Shown: piece by piece, positions 1 to 10,200 of the stretch | How the letters are laid out: each line of letters opens with the position of its first letter | How positions within the stretch are numbered: the stretch's first letter is position 1 | Position numbers and translations under genes: made by a program | Origin: a virus | IMG/VR virus record: IMGVR_UViG_3300033144_005525 | Coordinates: 127,127-191,126 of that record | Direction: 5' to 3' (one strand) | DNA: 64,000 nucleotides | The notes under the pieces: generated by a model | Seen by the model: the letters and a program-made list of their open reading frames with translations, nothing else | Told to the model about the DNA's origin: nothing | Database searches by the model: none

Positions 1-366
1 GTTGACTTTTTTTGCCACATCCTTCGGATCCAAACGACCCAAAAGAAGTTGCTCCACCAATCTTCTCACCCTGAAATTGGGGAGGATGGACGAGGCAGCC
101 TTCACCTTGTCATCTGGATTGTGGAGAGACCACACACCTGCATTGCGTAGGAATCGAACGGAGGGACGGTTGTACCGATCAATAGGGTCGTAGTTGACTG
201 GAAGATCTACGTACAGGGCTTCTCGTAGGTTGGAGATGTACACCGCGTCTGGTGCAGGGAACCCCAGGGTCTGTACTGCCATTCGAATCCAGTCGTCCTT
301 CTGGGCGTCTGGGCTCTTAAGGGTCAGTAGATACTTGACGAAGTATTCACTGGGGTGGCGCTTCAT
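1..366 (-). CDS. Hypothetical protein, truncated at the window edge (3' end missing)
   Basis: Not in the ORF track. Manual translation from ATG at 366 (MKRHPSEYFVKYLLTLKSPD...) stays open to position 1 and begins 4 nt after the stop of the upstream gene. Confidence 0.75.
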   Translation of the reverse strand, partial: MKRHPSEYFVKYLLTLKSPDAQKDDWIRMAVQTLGFPAPDAVYISNLREALYVDLPVNYDPIDRYNRPSVRFLRNAGVWSLHNPDDKVKAASSILPNFRVRRLVEQLLLGRLDPKDVAKKVN

Positions 367-370
367 GTTT

Positions 371-2647
371 CTACTTTAGCGTCAATCGAGGCAGAGTCGT
401 AAGCCCAGTACCACTGCGCTGCAGACCTACGGCAATGAGGGCTCCAATGAGAGCTCCTCTCGCTACACCAGACACGCCCTTCTCGAAGATGCTGGTGTCT
501 CCTCGTTCGTTAGGTTTTGAGCCCTTAGCGGCTCCCAACAAACCACCCAGTACTGCTCCCCACCTGCCTCCGACCAGAGCAGCCTCCAGAGCTGTGCCTA
601 CTGCTCCTGTTTTGACTAGGTCACTGACGAACGAAACAGTGGCGACCTCAGCAGCTGTCTTCTTTTTGGACAGAAACTCCTTCTTGAACCGCTCGAGCGT
701 GACTTCTCGGACCTTGCCCATCTCGTCCTTGCCTTGGTGCTGCAGGTAGGACTTCTTGGCCTCCTCTTTTGAGTCGTAGCCAAGCATGATCTTGTTCTCG
801 TCGAAGCTGTCGTCTGAGCTACGCAGCTTCTCCAGGACGAAGACTTTGATGCTATCTCGGTTGGGGCCGATGTAGACGTCCAGCTCCTCTCCGTCGGCAT
901 CCATGACTCCACGGACGTATCCATAGTCCGCCTTCATCTTCTTGTCGTAGTCGATGGTACCTGTGGATTTCTTCTTGAGTGGATCGTGGTTGAAGTACTT
1001 GCGAGTCTCGCCCTTACGCCACTCCAGACTGAGGGGAATACCATGAAGGGTAAGCTTCTCTTTGACCGGATCGTTGGCGGTCTTCTCCTTGAGCCTTTTC
1101 TTAGCTGCCTGGCGAGCCTCATACTCCCGGCGCTTCTGTGGGTGCTTCATGAAGTACTCGAGCATGTCTCCGTTGGCGACCTTATCGAAGTCAATCGATT
1201 TAGATCCAGTGATCTTCGCATTTCTGGTAGCTATCGATAAACGCTTCCTGAAACCGGGATCGTTCAACTTGCTCTTCAGTTCTTGAGCACCTCTATCTTG
1301 CCAACGGGACAAAGGAGTACTTTTAGCCGCCATGCTGGGAGCACTGACAGGGTTTGGTGAGTCTCCCATGTTGGACTTTGGTGGATCTACAGGAGTAGGT
1401 GGAGGCATAGAAACAGGAGCCACACCAGATGTCTTCTCCTTCATCATCCTCTTCACACCCTCTCGAGCGATCAGAGCACCTAGAGCTGCAGTCCCAACGC
1501 CTATGGAGAACCGTCCAGGGTTCTTACGGACGTAGCTGGGGAAGGCAGGGGCTAGTTCCCTCAGGTTTCGGAGACGGCTACGCCCTTTACCTCCGTGGAT
1601 GTACTTTGAGGGAACATCTTTAGATGTTCGAGACGCACGGTCCTTTGAAGACTTGCTTCCCCAGTCAGTGTCTGTTTTGAATTCGGTGTCGTACATGCCC
1701 ATGGGGACATCTACTTTGACTATGTTTTTCCTTCTACTCCACGCCTCTCTTACGACTCTCCTTGCTAGTTCAGGAGTCATGGTGCCGGATGCGGCAGAGG
1801 TATTGAGGGATTTCAAAACATCGGGAGGCAGGGTGAATATATGAGCGACGTTGCGCTGACCGGTGAGATGCACTTTGCCTTTTGAGTGCTTACCGAATTT
1901 CTTGTGTATCGAAGCAGCACCCTCACCCCCTCTAGAAGCCTTGAGCCCCTCTCGCTTGATCTTTTCCACTGTCTTGGGATCAGCCGTACCGTGGTAGAGC
2001 TTCTTGTATCCCAACAGACGGGCACGGGTTCCAGAACCTGCGGCCAGGCTGGCTCCCTCGGCGGCTAAAATACCACCGGATAGGAGCTCACGATCTTCTG
2101 CGGTCTTCTCTTTGGACTTCGGCTTCACCAGCACTCCCCACCTCTTCATGAGCTTGTGGGGAGGAGCCATAGCTCGGTCCCACCAGATCTTCTCAAGCTT
2201 CTCTTCAGAGAGCACACGCCAGTTGGGGATAGCTGTCTTGCCCTTGGTATTAGGATCCATGACGATGAATCCCTTGCCCGGCTTGAAGCCTGTGATGACG
2301 ATGTAGTGACCCTTGCCCGGATAGTTGAAGCTTTGGATGTCCGCAATGATCGGGACCCCTTGCTTCAGCGTCTTCTTTGCTTCCTCAAGCGATGAAAACG
2401 AACCCTCGCTGGCGTCGAAACCGAGCTTGCGAGCACCTTCAACGATGTCGGTAGTCTCAGCCCCACGCCCTTCCCGTGCACCGATAGCTTTAACGATTTC
2501 TTCCTCTGAGATTTCGATCCCATAGTGCTGAAGGACCGATTTGAGTGTACCCGCAGAGCAAGACCACTCCGTCTTCTGCTGGTATGCGTCGACTTGAGCC
2601 GTCTTCGTGAACTCAATAGATCTCCTATGTATCTCAGAGAGGTTCAT
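371..2647 (-). CDS. Multi-domain (polyvalent) protein: peptidase C39-like + ADP-ribosyltransferase-like (H-H type) + inorganic pyrophosphatase-like + C-terminal glycine zipper
   Basis: C39 motifs QQKTEWSC, GHYIVITG, MDPN. ART/Tpt1-like motifs LYHGT...IKREGL...KVHLT. PPase-like motifs DYGYVRG..DADGEELDVYIG and DENKIMLGY. Hydrophobic Gly-rich tail GAVLGGLLGAA...GALIGALIAVGL. Confidence 0.8.
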   Translation of the reverse strand: MNLSEIHRRSIEFTKTAQVDAYQQKTEWSCSAGTLKSVLQHYGIEISEEEIVKAIGAREGRGAETTDIVEGARKLGFDASEGSFSSLEEAKKTLKQGVPIIADIQSFNYPGKGHYIVITGFKPGKGFIVMDPNTKGKTAIPNWRVLSEEKLEKIWWDRAMAPPHKLMKRWGVLVKPKSKEKTAEDRELLSGGILAAEGASLAAGSGTRARLLGYKKLYHGTADPKTVEKIKREGLKASRGGEGAASIHKKFGKHSKGKVHLTGQRNVAHIFTLPPDVLKSLNTSAASGTMTPELARRVVREAWSRRKNIVKVDVPMGMYDTEFKTDTDWGSKSSKDRASRTSKDVPSKYIHGGKGRSRLRNLRELAPAFPSYVRKNPGRFSIGVGTAALGALIAREGVKRMMKEKTSGVAPVSMPPPTPVDPPKSNMGDSPNPVSAPSMAAKSTPLSRWQDRGAQELKSKLNDPGFRKRLSIATRNAKITGSKSIDFDKVANGDMLEYFMKHPQKRREYEARQAAKKRLKEKTANDPVKEKLTLHGIPLSLEWRKGETRKYFNHDPLKKKSTGTIDYDKKMKADYGYVRGVMDADGEELDVYIGPNRDSIKVFVLEKLRSSDDSFDENKIMLGYDSKEEAKKSYLQHQGKDEMGKVREVTLERFKKEFLSKKKTAAEVATVSFVSDLVKTGAVGTALEAALVGGRWGAVLGGLLGAAKGSKPNERGDTSIFEKGVSGVARGALIGALIAVGLQRSGTGLTTLPRLTLK

Positions 2648-4111
2648 CTAATACGTCTCCTCGGAGGGGAGTAGATCTTTGAACTGATCTATCAAACCCT
2701 GTTTCTGCTTCGACAGCGTGGTCAGATACTCATCGGCCCCTGTACCTGGTTTACGGATCTTTGATTTCTCCAACAGGCCATGCTCAGGAAGAATGGCTAA
2801 GTACCTCTGCACGTGAACAACTCTCTTGTTCTTTGGGAGGTGAGAATGGCTTTTGTAGCGGATACCACGTCCCTCTACTTGACGAATCTTCTCCTGATTC
2901 CAATGAGGCTCCATGACCTGGATCATGCTAGTGCCCTTAAGGTCAAGTCCTTCTCCTCCAGCAGAGGATAAGAGCAGGACTCTGTTCTTGCCTTCATTGA
3001 AGTTCTGGACCATTTGATCTCGGTCCCTCTTCTTCATCTTACCGGTGAACTCACCGTAAGGGATCTTGGCTGAGTTCAACCGCTTCTTGTACGGATCTAA
3101 GCCAGCTTGTATGTAATTCGAATAGACAACGACTCGACCATACGGGTCTTTGAGCTCTTTCTTCAGGTTACCGAAAGCGGCCTGAATTTTAGCTTCGTGC
3201 GACGTCTTATCTTCTTTGATGTACGGGGCAGTACTCAAAGACACCTGACGAAGACCAGTCATGAACGCGTTGAGGTCCCTAGATTCCTGCTTAGAGGGAG
3301 GTAGATTGTTCCTGACTTTGAATCGAACCCAAGCCGGAGCCTTCTTGATGATGGAGTTGTATATCTCCCTCTGCTCCTTAGTCATGGGGACTTTGACGTC
3401 TGATCGTTCTACTAGTGGGAAATTCTCCTCACCTCTGGGGTGATGGTCTATCCACTTTTCGAACGATGCTCGTATCTCCTCCTCCATCTTGGGATCGAGC
3501 TCTGTCACAGAGCCTGGCCGAATACCTTTCAACGTCCCCCAAAACCCTGGGCCTACTTTCCGTTCCCGTGTGTACCGCTTTTTGAATTCAACAGGGTCGT
3601 TGGGGAATACGTTCTCCCCCGCGGCTATGTTGACTAGCGGAGCGATGTCGGACGGCCTGTTGTAGAAGGGACTGGCCGTCATCAACATACGTTTTTTAGA
3701 CTTATTGTCTCTCAGTACTCGGAACCCCTTGGTGTGGGTCTCCCGAATACGATGGGCCTCATCAACTACCAACACCTCCTCAACTGGAGGCTGTCCACTG
3801 ACTGTCACCTTCTGTAGGGACAGCAAGTCAGGATTAGGAGTGCCTCCGGTTGTGTGCTTCTTCAGCTCCTTCTCATAGTTCTTGATCAAAGAGGCAGGAG
3901 CTACAACTACTGAAGGCTTACCCAAAGCATCCAAAGCCGCTATGGAAGTTAGGGTTTTTCCAGACCCCAATTCATGGGCGATCAACAAACCAGGCTGATC
4001 TTCTTTGGTTATTCGATCTACGACTCTCTTTTGATGAGGCTGTAGCTTAGTTTTTACCTTTGCGTACTTCCGCAAAAGCTGCATCCCATCGCGTATGCCT
4101 GCAAAGTCCAC
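2648..4111 (-). CDS. SNF2-family (SF2) helicase/translocase with short N-terminal leader
   Basis: LQPHQ, AHELGSGKT, VVDEAH, MTASP, SSAGGEGLDL, QVEGRGIR. GTG start. Confidence 0.88.
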   Translation of the reverse strand: MDFAGIRDGMQLLRKYAKVKTKLQPHQKRVVDRITKEDQPGLLIAHELGSGKTLTSIAALDALGKPSVVVAPASLIKNYEKELKKHTTGGTPNPDLLSLQKVTVSGQPPVEEVLVVDEAHRIRETHTKGFRVLRDNKSKKRMLMTASPFYNRPSDIAPLVNIAAGENVFPNDPVEFKKRYTRERKVGPGFWGTLKGIRPGSVTELDPKMEEEIRASFEKWIDHHPRGEENFPLVERSDVKVPMTKEQREIYNSIIKKAPAWVRFKVRNNLPPSKQESRDLNAFMTGLRQVSLSTAPYIKEDKTSHEAKIQAAFGNLKKELKDPYGRVVVYSNYIQAGLDPYKKRLNSAKIPYGEFTGKMKKRDRDQMVQNFNEGKNRVLLLSSAGGEGLDLKGTSMIQVMEPHWNQEKIRQVEGRGIRYKSHSHLPKNKRVVHVQRYLAILPEHGLLEKSKIRKPGTGADEYLTTLSKQKQGLIDQFKDLLPSEETY

Positions 4112-4132
4112 GAAGCGGCTTCCTATCCTTCG

Positions 4133-6115
4133 CTACAGTAGCTGCTTCTGCTGAAGACCGCGGAGACCTTGGATGACCTCTTCCAGGTTCTTCATCGAAC
4201 GCTCGATAGCTCCCTCATCGACCTGAGACATACCCATGCGAGCAGCCATGAGCATCTCAGCCAACCTCTGGACAGTCTCATCCATCTGTGGGAGGTAGCT
4301 GGCGAAGATGGCGATGTTCTCCGGGTTGAGGAAGTTCATCGCCAAGATGCGATCTGCTGTCTCTGAGTCCTCGAGTGCAGCTGCTTCCTTGACGAGATCT
4401 CGACGAAGGTCGTAGGGGAACTTCCCAAGCAGGACGGAAGCCTCCTTGATGGCCTCCTGGTGCACATGCTCGAGCGGTGTGATGGTGAGGAGACCCTCAG
4501 CGGTCGTCCTACCCTGTCTCTGAGCCTCTGCCAGCTTCTCACGGGCTTGGAACTGGTTGAGACCTGCAGTCACCAGCAGGAACTCTGCAGCCTGTTTGTC
4601 CAGCCACTGGACTTGAGCCAGCTTGCTGAACGGAAGACCGCTGAGGTGGAACTCATCCTTCCCGGTCGAGCGAATCCAACCGGTGGTAGAGAATGCTCGA
4701 GCTTCCTTGACCTGCTCGGCGGCAGAGGGCGTCTTGACGACATGAACAGCCTCACCCAGAGGAGTGAACTTCATCGTGTCGGGGATCGCGTACGTGCCTT
4801 CACCAGTAGCTTCGATGGTGTTCAGTCCTTGGGTGACCATCAGAGTGATGTCGTTGCCGAAGGCATCCTGAACAATGAACCCAGGATTCCCCTGCTCGTC
4901 CTGAGTCTGGTTCTGCACGGTCACAGGAGGCAAAGCACAGACACTGCCGTCCGGCTTGATGTAGAAGAAGGCCCCATCCCCTTGAGGAGGGGCCTCAGGG
5001 ATACTGGCGGCGTCGTCGCCCACCCTAACCCCTACAATCTCATCCTGCAGGCTGTAGCTGCTCTCTCCGTCCGTGAACAGGAACAGAGGGAGCTTGTCCA
5101 TGTCGAAGTCCATGACCGGAATGACCCAACCGGTCTTGTCTTCTCCAGTCTCCTCGATCTGCACCTGATACTGACCGAAGTCTCCGACGATGGCAGGGGT
5201 CGGGTCATCGAGAGAAGGCTTAGCCTCCTCAGTCCCCACCGTCATGGAGTCTCCGGGCTGCATCTGCTGGACAGAATCCGTGCCCGCCATCTGCTGGGCT
5301 TCTTGTGGATTCGCAGAGGCTTCTTGCGGGGAGAATGCACCCGCATTGGCCCACTTGATCTTGAAGTTGCCGTCTGCCTGCTTGATGAACTGAACCACCG
5401 TGGGCTGGATGGATTGGACCAGAACGCCAGCCGTCTTCTGAACGGAGGTTCGAGGCGTCGACGTCACGATGTGGGCCATCTTGTGGAAGTTTGGATTGAC
5501 CTGTACTGCCACAAGAAGTTGCTGGTCCTTGGCGATCTTCTCCACCAGAGCAACTGCATCCTCATCAGAGATGGTGGGTGCGATTGCCTCCATCAGACTG
5601 GCGAACTTGCCAAATCCGGCTCCTCCGGCCGCGGCCCCAGTTGTCACGCCAGATCCGTACCCGTAGTTGGTTCGGATTGGTGGGTGTAGCTGGTCGACCA
5701 TGCCCTGATCGACAGGCTTGCGGGTTGATGGCTCGAAGGTTCGACCGTCGAAGAGAGCCTCACTGACACGCTGCTCACTCATCGGGAAGGCCTTGTCTTC
5801 GAACAGGAAGATGTCGGCCGGCGCCATGAGGCGGTCCTTCACGATGATGGGAATGATGACCTTCGGGCCTTCAGCAGAGGGCTGATCTGTAGGTGTGGTC
5901 ACCTCGGCACTACCAAAGGCATACCCACGCTCTGGATTCACTCTCTGGAAGATCACGTTCACCGTGTAGTTGGAGAGAAACGGCAGGAACTTGTAGATCT
6001 CTGAACTGACCTCTTTCTGCCAGTTGTCTACGTTGTCCGACAGTTTGATGGGCATAGCCATCTTCTCGAAGGAGATATCGGTAGCTTGCTGATCGAGAAA
6101 CAGTGGAGTTGTCAT
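4133..6115 (-). CDS. Putative head/inner-core structural protein rich in K-x-A motifs
   Basis: 660 aa acidic ORF in the structural-strand operon with about 13 K-x-A sites and no recognisable catalytic motif. Function is inferred. Confidence 0.5.
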   Translation of the reverse strand: MTTPLFLDQQATDISFEKMAMPIKLSDNVDNWQKEVSSEIYKFLPFLSNYTVNVIFQRVNPERGYAFGSAEVTTPTDQPSAEGPKVIIPIIVKDRLMAPADIFLFEDKAFPMSEQRVSEALFDGRTFEPSTRKPVDQGMVDQLHPPIRTNYGYGSGVTTGAAAGGAGFGKFASLMEAIAPTISDEDAVALVEKIAKDQQLLVAVQVNPNFHKMAHIVTSTPRTSVQKTAGVLVQSIQPTVVQFIKQADGNFKIKWANAGAFSPQEASANPQEAQQMAGTDSVQQMQPGDSMTVGTEEAKPSLDDPTPAIVGDFGQYQVQIEETGEDKTGWVIPVMDFDMDKLPLFLFTDGESSYSLQDEIVGVRVGDDAASIPEAPPQGDGAFFYIKPDGSVCALPPVTVQNQTQDEQGNPGFIVQDAFGNDITLMVTQGLNTIEATGEGTYAIPDTMKFTPLGEAVHVVKTPSAAEQVKEARAFSTTGWIRSTGKDEFHLSGLPFSKLAQVQWLDKQAAEFLLVTAGLNQFQAREKLAEAQRQGRTTAEGLLTITPLEHVHQEAIKEASVLLGKFPYDLRRDLVKEAAALEDSETADRILAMNFLNPENIAIFASYLPQMDETVQRLAEMLMAARMGMSQVDEGAIERSMKNLEEVIQGLRGLQQKQLL

Positions 6116-7221
6116 GATCTAACCTTCGGACTTACGTGTTTGAATGGAGGAACGATAGGCCCTCTCAATACTGGAACGGGCGGACTCGGTGGCCCTATCA
6201 ATAACCCTGTGACTGCGCCTATCCAGGCCATGAAATCTGGGGAAGCTCGTATGACTGGGAACTCTGCATCTCCCAATCCTACGCTCAGTCCGTTCAAAGC
6301 TGCGCCACCGGAACCAAGAGCAAGAGTAGCCCCGCCTCCAGATAAGGCCATGGAGGCTGCCGACGCCGTGAGAGCTACTGTCGAGGTGATATCGATGGCT
6401 CCTGTCACGATGAGCTTGAACAGGCCTTTGACGGTGGCCTGCATATCTCCTTCGACAGTGAGCGTGAACTTCTTGACGGTCCATGTGAGTTCTCCGTCTT
6501 TGTTGATCTCGAGGGATGTCTGAGTAGTTCCCCCACCAGAATCACGGCTTAGCAGGCTCAGAATAGTGTCATTGCCCTCTCCGTGGGAACCCATTTTGAG
6601 AATAGCGATGGGGTCCTCAATCGGATCATCTGCAAATTCACGGGCTCCCAGAGTGAACAAGCACATTTGGTGCCCTTCTCCATCCTCTTCCGTTCGGGCA
6701 ACCTCCCAGGTGAGGTCTCCGGCCGGAGTGTGGAGCTCGTAGTTCTCACAGTGGTCTTGGATGATGTTCCTGATAGGTAAGTAGATGCGTTGGCAAACAG
6801 GAGTGGCTCCCACCTGGATGATCCCACCACGACGCAGGTGGACGAAGTTCCCATCCCTGGTAGAGAAATGAAGATCTCCAGGATTCAGCAACTCACGGCC
6901 ACCCCTAAACGCACCACCTTCATCCACCATGCTCCAACCCAGAACGAAGGCATCCTTGCCTTCTTCTGAGGGAGTACATATCCAGCAGGTGGATCCCACT
7001 TCGGGCATAAAGTTGATCCCCTCTCCCTGCGTTTGGTTGCAGTAGGGAGACATGAAAGGGATGTCGAACTTGTTTTTGTACGTGAGGATGGTAGTCACGT
7101 CACACGTGTAGTCCCGAATGTTGACGGTCGTGATTCGGCCACTCTCTATCAGGGCACCTTTTACCTGAGCGGCCGACTTGGCCATGCTCTCACATCGTTC
7201 TGGTTCTACATTCGCAGGCAT
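6112..7221 (-). CDS. Putative baseplate central spike (gpV/Gp5 OB-fold type)
   Basis: N-terminal GRITTVN...CDV...MPEVGSTCWI resembles the spike OB-fold, followed by short beta-strand repeats (LTVEGDMQATVKG, IVTGAIDITS). Confidence 0.6.
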   Translation of the reverse strand: MPANVEPERCESMAKSAAQVKGALIESGRITTVNIRDYTCDVTTILTYKNKFDIPFMSPYCNQTQGEGINFMPEVGSTCWICTPSEEGKDAFVLGWSMVDEGGAFRGGRELLNPGDLHFSTRDGNFVHLRRGGIIQVGATPVCQRIYLPIRNIIQDHCENYELHTPAGDLTWEVARTEEDGEGHQMCLFTLGAREFADDPIEDPIAILKMGSHGEGNDTILSLLSRDSGGGTTQTSLEINKDGELTWTVKKFTLTVEGDMQATVKGLFKLIVTGAIDITSTVALTASAASMALSGGGATLALGSGGAALNGLSVGLGDAEFPVIRASPDFMAWIGAVTGLLIGPPSPPVPVLRGPIVPPFKHVSPKVRS

Positions 7222-7224
7222 GGG

Positions 7225-10200
7225 CTAGTACAGATGCGTCTTCTTGGGGGTTCCCTCCCCGAACTCCGCTCCGTAGGCATAAGCCGGGATTGGGTTGTTT
7301 CCGTGTAGGTTGGTTTTCCAACCCTTGGATGCACCCTCCATGAGGGTTTCCTTCAGCTTACGGAAATTGAGTCTGGCCATCCAATCCTCTTGCTGATCAA
7401 GAGCTCCCTGAGACAACCCCTTGATGACCGGTCTGTGTGTCACTGGGGCGCTACGGCTTCCTGCTTTTTTGTTCTCTTCTTCGATGACAGAACGAAGAAC
7501 TATATCCCCACTGAAATAATCTGAGTCTCCCGGATCCTTCACCTGAGTTAGATTGGTCAAAGAACGAACGACCATTTCTATGTTTCGTCGCTTGACCCGC
7601 TCATCTTTGTAGATCCCATCGTACAGCTCCTTGGTGAGGTAGTTCTGCACTGTTGGGATATCGGTGAGGGGAAGAAGCTCTCTTGGGTTGATTGGACCGT
7701 CCGTAAGGGGGGAACCCTTCTTCATGCTGGATCCAACCTGAAGAGGTTTTCCATCCCTCAACAGTTTCCTCTGCGATGGAGCGTAGTGTTTCTCTCCTCC
7801 GATGTAGACGTTCCAGCCCTGCGTGTCCTTGTCTCGTTCGATCTTCTGGACCTTCCCACCCACTCTTGAAAGCGTTGCGGATCCAGGTAGCTTCTTTGGG
7901 GGATTCAAGAGCTGCTTCAGGCGACCGATTCTACTGACCGCACCCGCACCTCTGGAGCCTGCGACTCCTCCTGTGTGGAAGCTGTCCATTGCTAGCTGCA
8001 TGGCAGGTTCACCTAGAGCGTGACCTGCGATGACACCGATGTTGGTACCCACACTGTGGTCTTCACCATTCTCATTCAGACCAAAGCACTTGGAGCATAT
8101 ACCCCTACCGTGAGAGCACTTGAGTGGGCTACGTACAACAACCTTCCCAACTCCATTCTTCTTCAACTGAGACAGAAGATGAGGAGTAACCAAAGAGCCC
8201 TCTTCGTGCAGCCTTCCTCCCGCTTTAACCTTCTTGGCCAGATACCTACCGTGGACATCCTCTTCGTGGATTCCCATGGAGATACCATCACCCACCTTGC
8301 AATCCTTGGACACAATCATCTCTGGGATGACTGTGTTGACGATCTCCTTGGTCAACATACCGGGCTCAGACGTTCCTTCTGCCCTTTGCAGAGTACCCAT
8401 CCGAGCTCCGTGTAGGGCTGTCCAATAATCTCCGACATCCAATCCCTCGGAGTAAGACTTCCTCACAGGGGTCGGGAGAGTCCTTCCGGTGGCATCCTGC
8501 ATGAGCATGGGCGCAATGTTCATCTGTCGGAACTGGGACCAGTTACCTCGAGTACCCGAGTCCACCATAGTGAAAATGTTATTCCCACTGGCCTCTATCC
8601 GGGGCTTGAGCTTCTTCTTCATATCGTCGGTGGCTTTGGTGTAGTTAGCCACCAGCTTTATGTCCTTGTCCTCTTGACTGAGCTTCCCTGCCATTATTTT
8701 GGCAGCAACTACATCTGCCTTGGCCAAAATCTCTTCTCGGACAGCTTTGTCTTCACCCAGACCGAGATCGGAGAGACCTATGGAGAATCCGAACTCGTAG
8801 CTATGTTGGTTCCCTAGGTTCTTCAGACGGTCAACTGTATTGGCGTAGTTGCGTGGATCATCTCTGGCAATTTCCGAGAGGATGTCATGAACACCGACCT
8901 TGTTCTTGTCTTTCGAGTCGGAGAACTTGTTGAGGACGAACCTTGGGTTGTGTAGGAGATCTTTGTTGTCTCGGAATCTCTTAGGGAGCTGATGAGCCAA
9001 CATCAGGCGACCTACAGTGGTCTTCTTCCCATTTACTGTAACCACGTCCTGCGCAGTGACGATCCCTCTGTCACAAGCCTTCTTCGCATCAGCGTAGGTA
9101 GAGAACTTCTTCCCTACGTCTTTGCCCCACTTGGACAGGAGGTGGATACCCAACAGAGACTCTTGCTCTGGGGCATACATGACTCCCCCATTGGTAGAGC
9201 TGAACAGGTTGTTTGAGGGGAACATCTTACGAGACTCTCGAACTGCCTTATCCGTTAATGGGACAAAGGCGCTCATCGTGTCTCCGTCGAAGTCTGCGTT
9301 GTAACCTGCAGTGACCAGAGGATGGATCCGAATAGCCTTTCCATCCACCAACTGCGGCTTGAACGCCATGAAGTTGAACTTGTGTAGGGCAGGATCCCTC
9401 TTCAGAAGAACAGGGCGGTCCTCTATGATCTTTTCGAGAGCTGCCCAAGCCACAGCTGTCTCTTCCTTGATGTCCTTATGAGCTTGTAGTGGGCTGCGTC
9501 CTGTTCTCTTGAGCTCTCGAATGACGAATGGCTTGTACAGCTCCATAGCTGCACTGCGAGGTATACCGACACGGTCCAGGTGCATCTCCGGCTCAGGGAT
9601 GATGGTGGAGCGCATCGACAGCTCTTGCCGTCTCTTCATCAACTTGCGTTGGAAGAACCCCTGCTTCGGAGAAGGACCCGCTACCGTATCCAGGATCCCT
9701 TTCAGTTGTCTGTTAGATTCGTACTGAGGTACTCCACCAGTACCCATTGTGGCTTTTAGTAGATCGTACAGCTCCTCTCGTAGAGGCTGATCTGCTTCCG
9801 GTAGGTCAAGGATCTTGTCCTTCAACTTGTTGTTGACGATCCCAAGATCCTTGTACAGGTGGTTGATGTCATCGAAGCGCAACGATCCATCAGGCATAGG
9901 AACGATTGGACGAAATACCGGAGGAATCACCGGTACATTGTTCATCACGTAGGCTTCGCTGGGAGACAGCTTCAGTTCCTTCAAGGCCCGGAGGTACTTG
10001 GCCTTCCTGTTGGCGTGGTTGAGCTTGGCCTTCCTGAGGTTGGGGAGCTCGGCCACTGTCTTCTTGAGCTCGGCATCTACATCGACTTGATCGAGAAGGT
10101 GTCGGATGGCTTCCCCTCCGATCTTCCCATCGATGTCCTTCTTACCCTTCACGATGTCTTCGAACTCTGGGTACTTCAACCCACTCAACACCACGGCGGG

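Noticed and set aside
4460-5689. 409-aa plus-strand ORF and similar long antisense ORFs (e.g. 18359-19105, 30187-30942, 39317-40048, 59206-59964)
   Set aside because: They lie fully opposite well-supported genes, have no motifs or RBS, and are explained by codon bias on the coding strand.
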